Positions 1 through 13,274 of a DNA stretch of 64,000 bases are shown piece by piece. Both the position numbers and the translations under genes were made by a program. Position 1 is the stretch's first letter. Each line of letters opens with the position of its first letter. The stretch spans positions 680,715 to 744,714 of the forward strand of contig NC_062561.1 of assembly GCF_022837055.1 (NCBI RefSeq). The letters are read 5' to 3'. The notes below the pieces were generated by a model. The model did no database searches and had not been told where the DNA came from. It saw nothing but the letters and a program-made list of their open reading frames with translations. This stretch comes from Prionailurus viverrinus (Eukaryota).

Positions 1-120
1 CAGGCTCCAGGTTCTGAGCTGTCAGCACAGAGCCCGACGCGGGGCTCGAACCCACGAACTGCGAGATCGTGACCTGAGCCAAAGTCGGACACTTAGCCGA
101 CTGAGCCACCCAGGCGCCCC
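1..120 (-). mobile_element. CAN-SINE (tRNA-Lys-derived carnivore SINE, SINEC_Fc-like), 5' half, truncated by the window edge
   Basis: Reverse complement reads GGGGCGCCTGGGTGGCTCAGTCGGCTAAG...GTTCGAGCCCCGCGTCGGGCTCTGTGCTGACAGCTCAGAACCTGGAGCC, with pol III A and B boxes. Confidence 0.9.
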
Positions 121-597
121 ATGGCCAGGCAGTTCTAATGGTCTGCACTGGCTTGGCTGGGACAAGATGGTCTAGAATGGTCTTATTCTAATACCTGGCT
201 GTTGGCCTGGTGTCATTTGGGGTGACGACCACATGTCTCTCTTCATCAGGTTAGCTCAGCTTCATGCGTATGGTAGTGGGAGAGTTCTCAACAGCAACAG
301 GGGAAGGCAAAACTCACTGCACAAACATTTTCCAAGCCTCTTGCATCACATCTGCCAATATCCCATTGACCAAAGCAAGTCACACTGGCCAACTTTGGAT
401 TCAAAGGCAGACAAAGGCCACTTCCTGACAGGAAGAGCTGCAAAGTTGCATTGCAAAGGGGCCAGCACACAGGAATGGAAAACCCTTGAGGCCATTTCAC
501 AGTCTATCACATTGCCTTTATTGTTTAAAGCATATAATTCACATTTCCAAAAGTGATTCTGTTTATGAAAACGTAATTTAAGAATTAGTCATAATTG

Positions 598-1245
598 GGG
601 ATGCAAGCTGGTGCAGCCACTCTGGAAAACAGTATGGAGGTTCCTCAAAAAAACTAAAAATAGAACTACCCTACAACCTAGCAATTGCACTAATAGGCAT
701 TTATCCACAGGATACAGGTGTGCTGTTTCTAAGGGACACATGCATCCCCATGTTTATAGCAGCACTATCAACAGTAGCCAAAGTATGGAAAGAGCCCAAA
801 TGTCCATCGATGGATGAATAGATAAAGAAGATGTGGTATATATATACATTGGAGTATTACTCAGCAATCAAAAAGAATGAAATCTTGCCATTTGCAACTA
901 CATAGATGGAACTGGAGGGTATTAGGCTAAGTGAAATTAGTCAGAGAAAGACAAAAATCATATGACTTCACTCATATGAGGACTTTAAGAGACAAAACAG
1001 ATTAACATAAGGGAAGGGAAACAAAAATAATATAAAAACAGGGAGGGGGACAAAACAGAAGAGACTCATAAATATGAAGAACAAACTGAGGGTATTGGAG
1101 GGGTTTTGGGAGGGGGGATGGGCTAAATGGGTAAGGGACACTAAGGAATCTACTCCTGAAATCATTGTTGCAGTATATGCTAACTAATTTGGATGTAAAT
1201 TTTAAAAAAATAAAAAATAAAACAAGTTAAAATTAAAAAAAAAAA
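598..1245 (+). mobile_element. LINE-1 3' fragment (ORF2 C-terminus plus 3' UTR and A-rich tail), carnivore L1 type
   Basis: Translates as ...[69 protein letters not shown], which is the L1 ORF2 C-terminal region. The same sequence recurs at 36091-36354 and 51476-51923. Confidence 0.85.
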
Positions 1246-3748
1246 AACAATGTACAGGGATATATGGGAAAAAACCAACATATTTAAGTATTTGTTTATT
1301 TATGTGAAAGGACCCAAAGATTATTATAAGCTTGAAAGATGGAGTAATTTGCATATATGATATGTAATTTTAAAATTTTTTTTGGTGGATGAGAGTGGTT
1401 GAACAAAGTAAAGCCTCCATTTAGTTGATCATTCAGTATTTCATATGTGTTGCTTGCTACATAATATTTTAACATTTGTCTGAATTTGAAACAATATGGC
1501 ACATTAATTTATCAGAATACTGTATAATAAATACTATATAATATTATTATAAATACAGAATAAATATCCAGAATAATGGATATTTCTTTTGTTAGATGCA
1601 TATTATTCAGGATCACTTATTATGTTTATATAATTTTGATATGAAGTAGAAGACTGTATTACAACTTGGAGTTTGTTTTAGAAGATGATAGAAAATTCTG
1701 TGGAACCATAATTTTAGAGTTGCGCCTAGGGCTAACAGCCAATGCTTAAATAGTTTAACAATTTATTATTAGGGTTTTACTATATGTAGTTGTTATGCTT
1801 CTAGACATTTTTTCTGCAGTATTTCTGGGATAATTTGCACTAAAATTAGTTTTTTAAAAGGCCATAAAATATGAGAGTTAACTATAAATCCAGGGAATCA
1901 CTCAATTCTAATTTGCTTCACCAACGCCTGGTACATATCAAGAAATTCATCTTTCCTACAGAATAAAGGATGTCTGTATATATGGGACATAATTTTTTTT
2001 TTTTTTACTAAACACCTTGTCATATTAAATGAGGTAGTTTGTAGGGCATACTAAGGAGTTCAGAACACATGGGAAAGCTATTTTCTATCTCTTAATAAAG
2101 TGATTAAAAATCATTCGTTGGACCAATGGAAGTCACATAGTGACAACCTAAATAATTATAAATATTAATCTTCATGCAAGTCATATCATCTTCCAAATTT
2201 AGCAAGTAAGAGAAGGCATTCCTAACAAGAGATATAGCACACACATTTTTTTCATAGCAAAACATTATGGAATCCACCAACAAAATAATAAAAGATAACA
2301 TTAATTTTAAAAAATTAATCTGTCGGAATCACAATCTACGTTATATTTCTGATCCTCTACAAATTATAGTCATCATTTTGTCACTCTATTTCAGGTACAA
2401 TTAATTCCTCAATCTGGTTCCATAAGCTTCAAAAACATCCTTGGTTCTGTTACGGACAAATTTTCTTCTATTCATACCTTCCTTCTTATCTTTCAATTTA
2501 TCTTCCACTTGACAAATTTATTATACATCTTGAATCATCTACCTATAGTTCTCTATATAGTCTCAGTGCTATATGAGAAGTCAAATGACTTAATTTTCTC
2601 ATTGATAAGGATTGTCATTTGGAGGCAAATTGTATCTCCTTTCCCCCTTTTGTTAATCAAACACTTTATTCTACATGTATTCATGTTAAAGAATAAAAGA
2701 AAATCTTTAAGGAAAAGAAAACCCACAATATAACATCATAAAAGCCAATCGATTTATGTAGAAGAAATTTAGGTAACAGAAACCCAGATTCTTAGAATGG
2801 AAAAAAGTTTTTTGCCTTAATGCAGAAAGTCCCTGTATAATATCCCAGAAACATGGTTAATTGTCTTTGCTTAAACAATTCTAACAGTGGGGAATGCACT
2901 ACTTTATTAAGGAGTTCATTTTATTGATGGACAGCTTTAAAATTTGAAAGTTCCACCTGATACTTGTTCATTTTTCATAGAGAGCATGAGCAAAGTGCAC
3001 ATCTAATGTAGCTGACCTCATCTAGGCTCTGAACAGGGGCATGTTACCTGCACTTGTGTGTTTTGTATTCCAGATGATTTGACAGCAAATAGCTGTGTAA
3101 GAATATCTACATAGATTCTTTTATTTAAAATTTTATGAAGATAATAAAATACTTTCTTGATAACTGAACTCATACTCTGAAATGAGAACCTGAACACACA
3201 GTGAATTACAAATCTCTTTTTCCTTCTCACTAAGGATAGGATGAAACTCTTCACCCATGTGCCTGAAATAACTCCAGTCTAATCTGGATCCTGCATGATG
3301 TGCCCTCTATAGGTTTTGCCCTATTCAACATGACCTACAAATACATTTGCTTTAAAAAAAAAAAAGAATTAGTCATAATTATAAGATTTCTATTGAAGTT
3401 TCTATTTATACTATTCTAAGTTATGATTATCTATTATACTTTCTGCTATATCCAGATAGTTCTAACTGAATACATAGACCTATAACCTTAGGATCCAGGA
3501 CTTGAGACTGTCTTAAACGTATCTAAATTTGACTGTGTACATCAACCTTAGCATTTCAGGAGGGTAACTGATATAATAATGGTCACACTTCTCAAAACAT
3601 CATAATTTTAGAATTTATGACTACAATGTTGATTGCTAATGGAGTTATATAAATTATGCAAGGGTTTGCTACTTGAAAGACAACTTCAAATTGATACTAT
3701 GGTATTATTCCATTATTTACTTTGTTGTCATTGTTGTTTGTTTTGTAG

Positions 3749-3886
3749 AGTACAGACTGCAAAGCTGTAATTAGCACCATGGACGGTAGCTCCTTAGACA
3801 GCAATGGATTCTCCCTTCATGTCGGTTTATCTGATGCACATCTCCCAAGAATGTGGGTCGAAAAACATCCAGAAAAAGAAAGTGAG
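3749..3886 (+). CDS. PARP4: PARP4 coding exon (end of VIT domain region); phase 0-0. Translates STDCKAVISTMDGSSLDSNGFSLHVGLSDAHLPRMWVEKHPEKESE
   Basis: Acceptor ttttgtag|AG and donor GAG|gtatgg. The peptide matches remembered human PARP4 (...TDCKAVIRTMDGSSLDSSGFSLH...PRMWVEKHPEKESE). An alternative acceptor 7 nt downstream (tacag|ACTGC) cannot be excluded. Confidence 0.75.
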
Positions 3887-4289
3887 GTATGGTCCTTCTT
3901 ACTTAAAAATGAGGGACACTATTAAAAAAATATTTCAAATACATTAATTAAATTTGGAAGTTACTGATAGTCCTGGAAAACTAGCATTGCAAAATGAACT
4001 CTCACCATTCCAAGATTTTACAACTAAAAATACTTATGGGATCTGGCATGATAAACTTCTGAGGTTTCAACCAAGTTCCTCATGTGGCATGTTTCTCTAT
4101 AATGACTTTATTTTTTACCTTAATCCCCACTGAAAACAAAAAATGCCTTCAGACATTACATTGTTAGTCTGTGTATTTTTATAGTTTTTAAATATTGATA
4201 CTGTAAAAACAGATACAAAATTATTTATGGCCATAAGACCATTTGTGTCCCTATGACAAAGAATCTCTTCTTATTAGAATAAAAATCGA

Positions 4290-5825
4290 GAATGACATCA
4301 GCCAGATGGCCCAACAAGATGTCCTTCACATGTATCCCCCCCGCCAACAACAATTTGGCATCTATCCATGGACAAAGTGCCATTTGGGAACTTTGGGATC
4401 CAGTTAGGAGATTTGGAAATGCCAATAAAGCTCAAAAGTGAGGAGAACTGTTTTGAAAAGGCAGGCTTGCACCCAGGAGGCTGACTTGCTGACCATGGTC
4501 CTGGCTGCAGGCACCGTCTGTGCCCCCAGATATCCTGAAAGTACCCTATACTTGGCTCCAGCCTCCTCACAGTCACAATCTTCAAGCAAGCCTGTGAGTC
4601 CAGGGACACTTCCATCTACAACCTTGAAGATTCTGAAAAGGCTGTCAGAAGATTCTGAAAATTCTCAGCTCTAACCCCCTCCTAGCTGCAGTCCACAAGC
4701 AGTCCTGTTGGCATAGACCTATTGGATACTCATGTCTGCACCTCGGGAGATCCGGAAAGGGCCTTATACTCTGCTTCAGCCCTCCAGCTATGGAGGGTCG
4801 GTCCACCCAGAGACCCCATGGAACACATCTATCTTTACCTTCAGAGCCAAGTCTGCAGATCCCAGTCATGGCTGTGGAACCTGAAACAGTTGTGGTGCTT
4901 GGTTCCAGCCCCTCTCAACTGTAGTCCAGGGCCAATCTTGTCCACTAGAGACTTATCCAGCAACTAGGCAGGAGTATTTCCAGGGACCTAGTGGAAGCTA
5001 CACCCATCCATGTACCTGGTAATAGGTCTGATGACTGAGAACCTATGGACTCTGAAGTGGATTCTCATCCCAGGTGACTCTACCGAACAGGTTCCGAGGC
5101 AGACCCACCCACCCAGGGACCAGACGTGCTCAACCCTCTGGTAACAAGAATATCAGCTGCAGACCACACCATAGACTTAGGAACAGCCTCAAAATTGACT
5201 CCAATTCTGCACAATTGTGATTCCAGAGGTAAACCCACCAACCAGGGAACCAACAGGAAAAGGTCTTTACCTGCCAAACTAGTGCAAGGTTATGCACAGA
5301 TACCAGTGCAAGGTTATGTAGATCATGAAGAATCAGGCAAACAGGGGCGCCTGGGTGGCTCAGTCGGTTAAGCATCCGACTTTGGCTCAGGTCATGATCA
5401 TTGTTCGTGAGTTCAAGCCCCGTGTTGGGCTCTGTGCTGACAGCTCAGAGCCTGAAGCCTGCTTCAGATTCTGTGTCTCCCTCTCTCTCTGCCTTCCTCT
5501 GCTCATGCTCTGTCTCTCTCTCTTAAAAATATATAATAAACATTAAAAAATTAGGAAAAAAAAAAGAATTAGGCAAACATGACACCGCCAAAGGAAACTA
5601 ACAAAGCTCCTGTAATTGACCCCAAAGAAATGTAGATCTTTGATTTGCTGACAACAAACTCAAAATAATCACCTTAAGAAAACTCCATACAATACAAGGG
5701 AAGACAGATAAACAACTAAACGAAATCAGGGAAACAACATGTGAACAAAATGAGAAGTTTAATAGAAATAGAAACCATAAAAAAGAACCAAACAGAAAGT
5801 CTGGAGCTTAAGAATATAATGACAG
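4290..5825 (+). mobile_element. Older L1 5' UTR and ORF1 start, interrupted by the SINE at 5344-5565 and split by insertion of the younger L1. The left boundary is uncertain.
   Basis: Sequence at 5566-5825 translates MTPPKETNKAPVIDPKEM...NQTESLELKNIMTGG, an L1 ORF1 N-terminus. ORF1 resumes at about 12129 after the TSD of the nested L1. Confidence 0.6.
5344..5565 (+). mobile_element. CAN-SINE (SINEC_Fc-like) inserted in an older L1 5' region. TSD gaat(c/t)aggcaaaca
   Basis: GGGGCGCCTGGGTGGCTCAGTCGGTTAAGCATCCGAC head, CT-rich region, AATAAACATTAAAAAA tail, flanked by direct repeats at about 5330-5343 and 5565-5578. Confidence 0.9.
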
Positions 5826-7553
5826 GAGGATCCTGGGAAGATGGCGGCTTAGGAGGACACTGGGCTCACCGCGCGTCCTGCTGATCACTTAGATTCCACC
5901 TACACCTGCCTAAATAACCCAGAAAACCGCCAGAAGACTAGCAGAAAGGAGTCTCCGGAGCCAAGCACAGACAAGAGGCCCACGGAAGAAGGTAGGAAGG
6001 GCAGAGAGGCGGTGCACGCTCCACGGACTGGCGGGAGGGAGCTGGGGCAGAGGGGCAGCAGCTGGCCAAGCAGAGCCCCCAAGTCTGGCTTGCAAAAGGG
6101 AAGGGGCCAGATGGAGTGTGTTCTGACAGCAAGCAGGATTTGACATCTGGAAGGTTATAAGCTAACAGCTCTGCTCGGAGAACGGGAGGGCTGGAGGACA
6201 ACGGGAGGGAGAGTTGTTGAGCCCTGGACGACAGAGCTCAGCTTGGCGGGGAACAAAGGCGCTCGCCAGTGCCATGTCCCTCGCCCATCCCCCAGCCAAA
6301 ATCCCAAAGGGAACCAGTTCCTGCCAGGGAACTTGCTTGCACCATGCAAACACCCAACGCTGTGCTTCTGCTGCAGATCCATCCCTCCCGTGGGTCTGAC
6401 TCCCTCCCGGTGCCGTAGGGCACCTCCCGAAGCGGATCGCCGAAGGAAAAGCGAGCTGAGCCTGCTCCTCCCACCCCTGTGCACCTTCCCGATCCAGCTA
6501 ATACGCCAGATCCCCAGCGCCACAAGCCTAACAGTGTGCAAGTAGCCCAGATGGGCCATGCCACCCCACAGTGAATCCCGCCCATAGGAGAGGGGAAGAG
6601 AACGCACACACCAGTCTGACTGTGGCCCCAGCGGTAGGCTGGGGGCAGACATCAGGTCTGACTGCGGCCCCACCCACCAACGCAAGTTATTCAAGACAGT
6701 ACAGAGGAAGTGCCCGGCAGTCCCACACCACTCCAGGGACTATCCAAAATGATGAAACGGAAGAATTCCCCTCAGAAAAACGTCCAGGAAATAACAACAG
6801 CTAACGAACTGATCAAAAATGATTTAAAAGATATAACAGAAAGTGAATTTAGAATAATAGTCATAAAATTAATCGCTGGCTTAAAAACAGTATAAAGGAC
6901 AGCAGAGAATCTCTTGCTATAGAGATCAAGGGACTAAGGAACAGCCAGGAGGAGCTAAAAGATGCTATCAATGAGTTGCAAAATAAAATGGCGACAACTA
7001 CGGCTCAGATTGAAGAGGCAGAGGAGAGAATAGGTGAACTAGAAGATAAAATTATGGAAAAAGAAGAAGCTGAGAAAAAGAGAGATAAAAAACCCAGGAG
7101 TATGAGGGGAAAATTAGAGAACTAAGTGATGCACTAAAGAGAAATAATCTACGCATAATTGGTCTTCCAGAGGAGGAAGAGAGAGGGAAAGGTGCTGAAG
7201 GTGTACTTGAAGAAATAATAGCTGAGAACTTCCCGCATCTGGGGAAGGAAAAAGGCATTGAAATCCAAGAGGCACAGAGAACTCCCTTCAGACGTAACTT
7301 GAATCGATCTTTTGCATGACGTACCATAGTGAAACTGGCAAAATACAAGGATAAAGAGAAAATTCTGAAAGCAGCTAGAGATAAACGTGCTCTAACATAT
7401 AAAGGGAGACCTATAAGACTCGTGACCCATCTCTCTACTGAAACTTGGAAGGCCAGAAAGGAATGGCAGGAAATCTTCAATGTGATGAACAGAAAAAATA
7501 TGCAGCCGAGAATCCTTTATCCAGCAAGTCTGTCATTTAGAATATAAGGAGAG

Positions 7554-7762
7554 GGGCGCCTGGGTGGCGCAGTCGGTTAAGCGTCCGACTTCAGCCAGGT
7601 CGCGATCTCGCGGTCTGTGAGTTCGAGCCCTGCGTCAGGCTCTGGGCTGATGGCTCGGAGCCTGGAGCCTGTTTCTGATTCTGTGTCTCCCTCTCTCTCT
7701 GCCCCTCCCCCGTTCATGCTCTGTTTCTCTCTGTCCCAAAAAAAAAAAAAAAAAAAAAAAAA
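7554..7762 (+). mobile_element. Young CAN-SINE subfamily copy (GGCGCAGTCGG...CAGCCAGGTC(A/G)CGATCTCGCGGTC...GGCTGATGGCTC variant) inserted in ORF1 of the full-length L1. 22-nt poly(A). Perfect 16-bp TSD tagaatataaggagag.
   Basis: The TSD is present at 7538-7553 and 7764-7779. The copy is CpG-rich and near-identical to copies at 39976, 42696, 47219, 49743 and 57695, and to the minus copy at 41067. Confidence 0.93.
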
Positions 7763-10700
7763 GTAGAATATAAGGAGAGATAAAGGTCTTCCCAAACAAA
7801 CAAAAACTGAAGGAATTCGTCACCACTAAACCAGCCCTACAAGAGATCCTAAGGGGGATCCTGTGAGACAAAGTACCAGAGACATCGCTACAAGCATGAA
7901 ACCTACAGACATCACAACAACTCTAAACCCATATCTTTCTATAATAACACTGAATGTAAATGGACTAAATGTGCCAACCAAAAGACATTTATTATCAGAA
8001 TGGATAAAAAAAACAAGACCCATCTATTTGTTGTCCACAAGAGACTCATTTTAGACCTGAGGACACCTTCAGATTGAGAGTGAGGGGATGGAGAACTATT
8101 TATCATGCCACTGGAAGTCAAAAGAAAGCTGGAGTAGCCATACTTATATCAGACAAACTAGCGTTTATATTAAAGGCTGTAACAAGAGATGAAGAAGGGC
8201 ATTATATAATAATCACAGGGTCTATCCATCAGGAAGAGCTAACAATTATAAATGTCTATGTGCCGAATACAGGAGCCCCCAAATATATACAACAATTACT
8301 CACAAACATAAGCAACCTTATGGATAAGAATGTGGTAATTGCAGGGGACTTTAACACTCCACTTACAGAAATGGATAGATCATCTAGACACACGGTCAAT
8401 AAAGAAACAAGGTCCCTGAATGATACATTGAATCAGATGGACTTGACAGATAGATTTAGAACTCTGCATCCCAAAGCAGCAGAATATACTTTCTTCTCGA
8501 GTGCACATGGAACATTCTCCAAGATAGATCACATACTGGGTCACATAACAGCCCTTCATAAGTATACAAGAATTGAAATCATACCATGCATACTTTCAGA
8601 CCACAATGCTATGAAGCTTGAAATCAACCATAGGAAAAAGTCTGGAAAACCTCCAAAAGCATGGAGGTTAAAGAACACCCTACTAAAGAATGAATGGGTC
8701 AACCAGGCAATTAGAGAAGAAATTTAAAAATATATGGAAACAAATGAAAATGAAAATACAACAATCCAAACGCTTTGGGATGCAGCAAAGGCAGTCCTGA
8801 GAGGAAAATACATTGCAATCCAGGCCTATCTCAAGAAACAAGCAAAATCCCAAGTACAAAAATTAACAGCACACCTAAAGGAAATAGAAGCAGAACAGCA
8901 AAGACAGCCTAAATCCAGCAGAAGAAGAGAAATAATAAAGATCAGAGCAGAAATAAACAATATAGAATCTAAAAAAACTGTAGAGCAGATCAACGAAACC
9001 AAGAGTTGGTTTTTTGAAACAATAAACAAAATTGATAAACCTCTAGCTAGGCTTCTCAAAAAGAAAATGGAGATGACCCAAATAGATAAAATAATGAATG
9101 AAAATGGAATTATTACACCCAATCCCTCAGAGATACAAGCAATTATCAGGGAATACTATGAAAAATTATATGCCAACAAACTGGACAACCTGGAAGAAAT
9201 GGACAAATTCCTAAACACCCACACGCTTCCAAAACTCAATCAGGAGGAAATAGAAAGCTTGAACAGACCCATAACCAGCGAAGAAATTGAATCAGTCATC
9301 AAAAATCTCCCAACAAATAAGAGTCCGGGACCAGATGGCTTCCCAGGGGAGTTCTACCAGAAGTTTAAAGCAGAGATAATACCTATCCTTCTCAAGCTAT
9401 TCCAAAAAATAGAAAGGGAGGGAAAACTTCCAGACTCATTCTATGAAGCCAGTATTACTTTGATTCCTAAACCAGACAGAGACCCAGTAAAAAAAGAGAA
9501 CTACAGGCCAATATCCCTGATGAATATGGATGCAAAAATTCTCAACAAGATACTATCAACTCGAATTCAACAGCATATAAAAAGAATTATTCACCACAAT
9601 CAAGTGGGATTCATTCCTGGGATGCAGGGCTGGTTCAACATTGGCAAATCAATGTGATACATCACATTAATAAAAGAAAAGATAAGAACCATATGATCCT
9701 GTCAATCGATGCAGAAAAGGCCTTTGACAAAATTCAGCAACCTTTCTTAATAAAAACCCTCGAGTAAGTCTGGATAGAAGGAACATACTTAAAGATTATA
9801 AAAGCCATTTATGAAAAGCCCACAGCTAACATCATCCTCAACAGGGAAAAACTGAGAGCTTTTTCCCTGAGATCAGGAACACGACAGGGATGCCCACTCT
9901 CACCGCTGTTGTTTAACATAGTGCTGGAAGTTCTAGCATCAGCAATCAGACAACAAAAGGAAATCAAAGGCATCAAAATTGGCAAAGATGAAGTTAAGCT
10001 TTCACTTTTTGCAGATGACATGATATTATACATGGAAAATCCGATAGACTCCACCAGAAGTCTGCTAGAACTGATACATGAATTTAACAAAGTTGTAGGA
10101 TACAAAATCAATGTACAGAAATCAGTTGCATTCTCATACACTAATAATGAAGCAACAGAAAGACAAATAAAGAAACTGATCCCATTCACAATTGCAGCAA
10201 GAAGCATAAAATACCTAGGGATAAATCTAACCAAAGATGTAAAAGATCTGAATGCTGAAAACTATAGAAAGCTTATGAAGGAAATTGAAGAAGATATAAA
10301 GAAATGGAAAAACATTCCGTGCTCATGGATTGGAAGAATAAATATTGTCAAAATGTCAATACTACCCAAAGCTATCTACACATTCAATGCAATCCCAATC
10401 AAAATTGCACCAACATTCTTCTTGAAACTAGAACAAGCAATCCTAAAATTCATATGGAACCACAAAAGGCCCCAAATAGCCAAAGTAATTTTGAAGAAGA
10501 CCAAAGCAGGAGGCATCACAATCCCAGACTTTAGCCTTGACTACAAAGCTTTAATCATCAAGACAGCATGGTATTGGCACAAAAACAGACACATAGACCA
10601 CTGGAATAGAAAAGAAACCCTAGAACTAGACCCACAAAAGTATGGCCAACTCATCTTTGACAAAGCAGGAAAGAACATCCAATGAAAAAAGACAGTCTCT

Positions 10701-11950
10701 TTAACAAATGGTGCTGGGAGAACTGGACAGCAACATGCAGAAGGTTGAAACTAGACCACTTTCTCACACCATTCACAAAAATAAACTCAAAATGGATAAA
10801 GGACCTGAATGTGAGACAGGAAACCATCAAAACCCTAGAGGAGAAAGGAGGAAAAGACCTCTCTGACCTCAGCCGTAGCAATCTCTTACTCGACACATCC
10901 CCAAAGGCAAGGGAATTAAAAGCAAAAATGAACTACTGGGACCTTATGAAGATAAAAAGCTTCTGCACCGCAAAGGAAACAACAAAACTAAAAGGCAACC
11001 AATGGAATGGGAAAAGATATTTGCAAATGACATATCAGACAAAGGCTAGTATCCAAAATCTATAAAGAGCTCACCAAACTCCACACCTGAAAAACAAATA
11101 ATCCAGTGAAGAAATGGGCAGAAAACATGAATAGACACTTCTCTAAAGAAGACATCTGGATGGCCAACAGGCACATAAAAAGATGCTCAATGTTGCTCCT
11201 CATCAGGGAAATACAAATCAAAACCACACTCAGATATCACCTCATGCCAGTCAGAGTGACCAAAATGAACAAATCAGGAGACTATAGATGCTGGAGAGGA
11301 TGTGGAGAAACGGGAACCCTCTTGCACTGTTGGTGGGAATGCAAATTGGTGCAGCCGCTCTGGAAAGCAGTGTGGAGGTTCCTCAGAAAATTAAAAATAG
11401 ACCTACCCTATGACCCAACAATAGCACTGCTAGGAATTTACCCAAGGGATATAGGAGTACTGATGCATAGGGGCACTTGTACCCCAATGTTTATAGCAGC
11501 ACTCTCAACAATAGCCAAATTATGGAAAGAGCCTAAGTGTCCATCAACTGATGAATGGATAAAGAAATTGTGGTTTATATACACAATGGAGTACTACATA
11601 GCAGTGAGAAAGAACGAAATATGGCCCTTTGTAGCAACGTGGATGGAACTGGAGAGTGTGATGCTAAGTGAAATAAGCCATACAGAGAAAGACAGATACC
11701 ATATGTTTTCACTCTTATGTGGATCCTGAGAAACTTAACAGAAACCCATGGAGGAGGGGAAGAAAAAAAAAAAAAAGAGGTTAGAGTGGGAGAGAGCCAA
11801 AGCATAAGAGACTCTTAAAAACTGAGAACAAACTGAGGGTTGATGGGGGGTGGGAGGGAGGGGAGGGTGGGTGATGGGTGTTGAGGAGGGCACCTTTTGG
11901 GATGAGCACTGGGTGTTGTATGGAAACCAATTTGACAATAAACTTCATAT

Positions 11951-12000
11951 ATTGAAAAAGAAAGAAAGAAAAAGAAAGAAAGAAAGAAGAGAAAGAAGGA

Positions 12001-12044
<44 letters not shown>

Positions 12045-12052
12045 AATATTCA
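11951..12052 (+). repeat. (GAAA)n microsatellite of about 100 bp at the 3' end of the full-length L1
   Basis: aagaaagaaagaaaaagaaagaaagaaagaaga...gaaagaaagaaagaaagaaagaaag read directly. Confidence 0.95.
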
Positions 12053-12657
12053 GTAGAAAAAAAACAAATCACAGTGACTGCTGCTTACCAAAAAAAAAAA
12101 AAAAAAAAAAAAAAGAATACAATGACAGACTGAAAAATTCAAGACAGAGCTTCACCAACTCCCTTAATCATGCAGAAGAAAGAATCACCTTGAAGACGGA
12201 TCATTTGAAATTAAAGGAATAAAAAGAAAAGGAATGAAAATGAGTGAAAAAAGCCTACATGAATTATGGAACACTATCAAGCAAAAGAATGTTTGCATCA
12301 TGGGCATCCCAGGAAAGGAGAGAAAGGGGTGGAAATATTATTCAAAGAAATAATAGCTAAAATCTTCCTAAATCTTGAGGGAGAGATGAATAACCAGGTT
12401 CAGGCAGCTCAGAGGACCCCAAGCAAGATCCATTGAAAGAAGATTACTCTAAAACACATTATAATTAAAATATTAAAAATCAAGGACAGGGAGAGACTTT
12501 TGAAAGCAGCAAGAGAAAAATGGCTCATCACATACAATGGAACTCCCATAGGGCTATCAGCAGATTTTTCTGCAGAAACCATGAGGTCAGGAGGGAGTGC
12601 GATGATGTATTCAAAGCGTTGAGAGGAAAAACTGCCAACCAAGAATACTGTCTTTTG

Positions 12658-13270
12658 GGTTCCTGGACCCAGTTCCAAAGGCAGGTAGGGGGCTTCCCAA
12701 CATACCACTATACTATGTACGTCCAGGTTGTTACCTGTACTTTGACCAACTAGCTATAAATCAGAGATTCCCACAATCCTTTCCTCAGTTTTTATTAGCT
12801 TGCTAGAGCAACTCACAGAACTCAGAGAGGAATTTTACTCCCTAGGCCACCAGTTGATTACAAAGGCATGTAACTCAGGCACAGCCAGATGGCAGATATG
12901 CATCAGCAAGGTCTGGGGAAAGGGTACAGACCCTCCATTCCCTCCAGGCACGCCACTCTTCCACATCTCCATGTGTTCACCAATGTGAAAGCTCTCCGAA
13001 GCCCATCTTTTGGGTTTTTATGGTGGCTTCATCACATAGGCATGATTGGCAAGAATTATTGGCCATTGGAGATTGATTCAGTCTCCAGTCTCACTGCCCT
13101 TCCAGGAGTCTATGGACAGGACTAAAGGTTCTAACTCTCTGATCATATAGTTGATTCTCCTAGCAACCAGCCCCCCTCCTTAGGTGGGGATCCAAAACTC
13201 ACCTCATTAACATAACAAAAGACACCTTTATCACTCTCATCACTTAGGAAATTCCAAGGGTTTTGGATTA
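12658..13270. repeat. Unclassified interspersed-repeat-like insert of about 600 bp inside the older L1 ORF1, possibly a solo LTR or another retroelement fragment
   Basis: It interrupts a collinear L1 ORF1 reading (ORF1 is at 12129-12657 and resumes at 13599) and has no L1, SINE or coding similarity that I can recognise. Confidence 0.3.
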
Positions 13271-13274
13271 AAAA

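Larger units (their letters stand above)
5826..12114 (+). mobile_element. Full-length young carnivore LINE-1 of about 6.3 kb. It comprises a CpG-rich 5' UTR (5826-6708), ORF1 (6710 to about 7800, frameshifted and carrying the SINE insertion at 7554-7762), ORF2 (about 7950-11729, broken into at least 5 segments by stops and frameshifts, with EN and RT domains), a 3' UTR, a (GAAA)n tract and a poly(A) tail. It is nested in the older L1 with TSD agaata(t/c)aatgacag.
   Basis: The track ORFs at 8074..8727 (endonuclease: ...GDFNTPLTEMDRSS...SDHNAMKLEI), 8734..9657, 9909..10685 (RT: ...[12 protein letters not shown]...), 10682..11065 and 11106..11729 are collinear with L1 ORF2. The TSD is at 5810-5824 and 12114-12128. 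Confidence 0.92.

Noticed and set aside
233-556. 107-aa ORF (MSLFIRLAQLHAYGSGRVLNSNRGRQNS...) in unique-looking sequence at the window start
   Set aside because: It has no splice-site context, no recognisable protein similarity and low-complexity codon usage. It lies in a PARP4 intron and is most likely chance, or an old degraded repeat.
6155-6694. 179-aa minus-strand ORF and several overlapping ORFs of 80-120 aa on both strands
   Set aside because: They fall entirely within the GC-rich L1 5' UTR. GC-rich non-coding DNA generates long stop-free stretches by chance.
8074-11729. Long ORFs (217, 307, 258, 127 and 207 aa) with endonuclease and reverse-transcriptase motifs that could be mistaken for genes or a novel RT-based system
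   Set aside because: They are collinear segments of a single L1 ORF2 separated by stops and frameshifts, and are flanked by L1 5' UTR/ORF1 and an L1 3' UTR with poly(A) and a TSD. They are retrotransposon pseudo-ORFs, not a host gene or defence RT.
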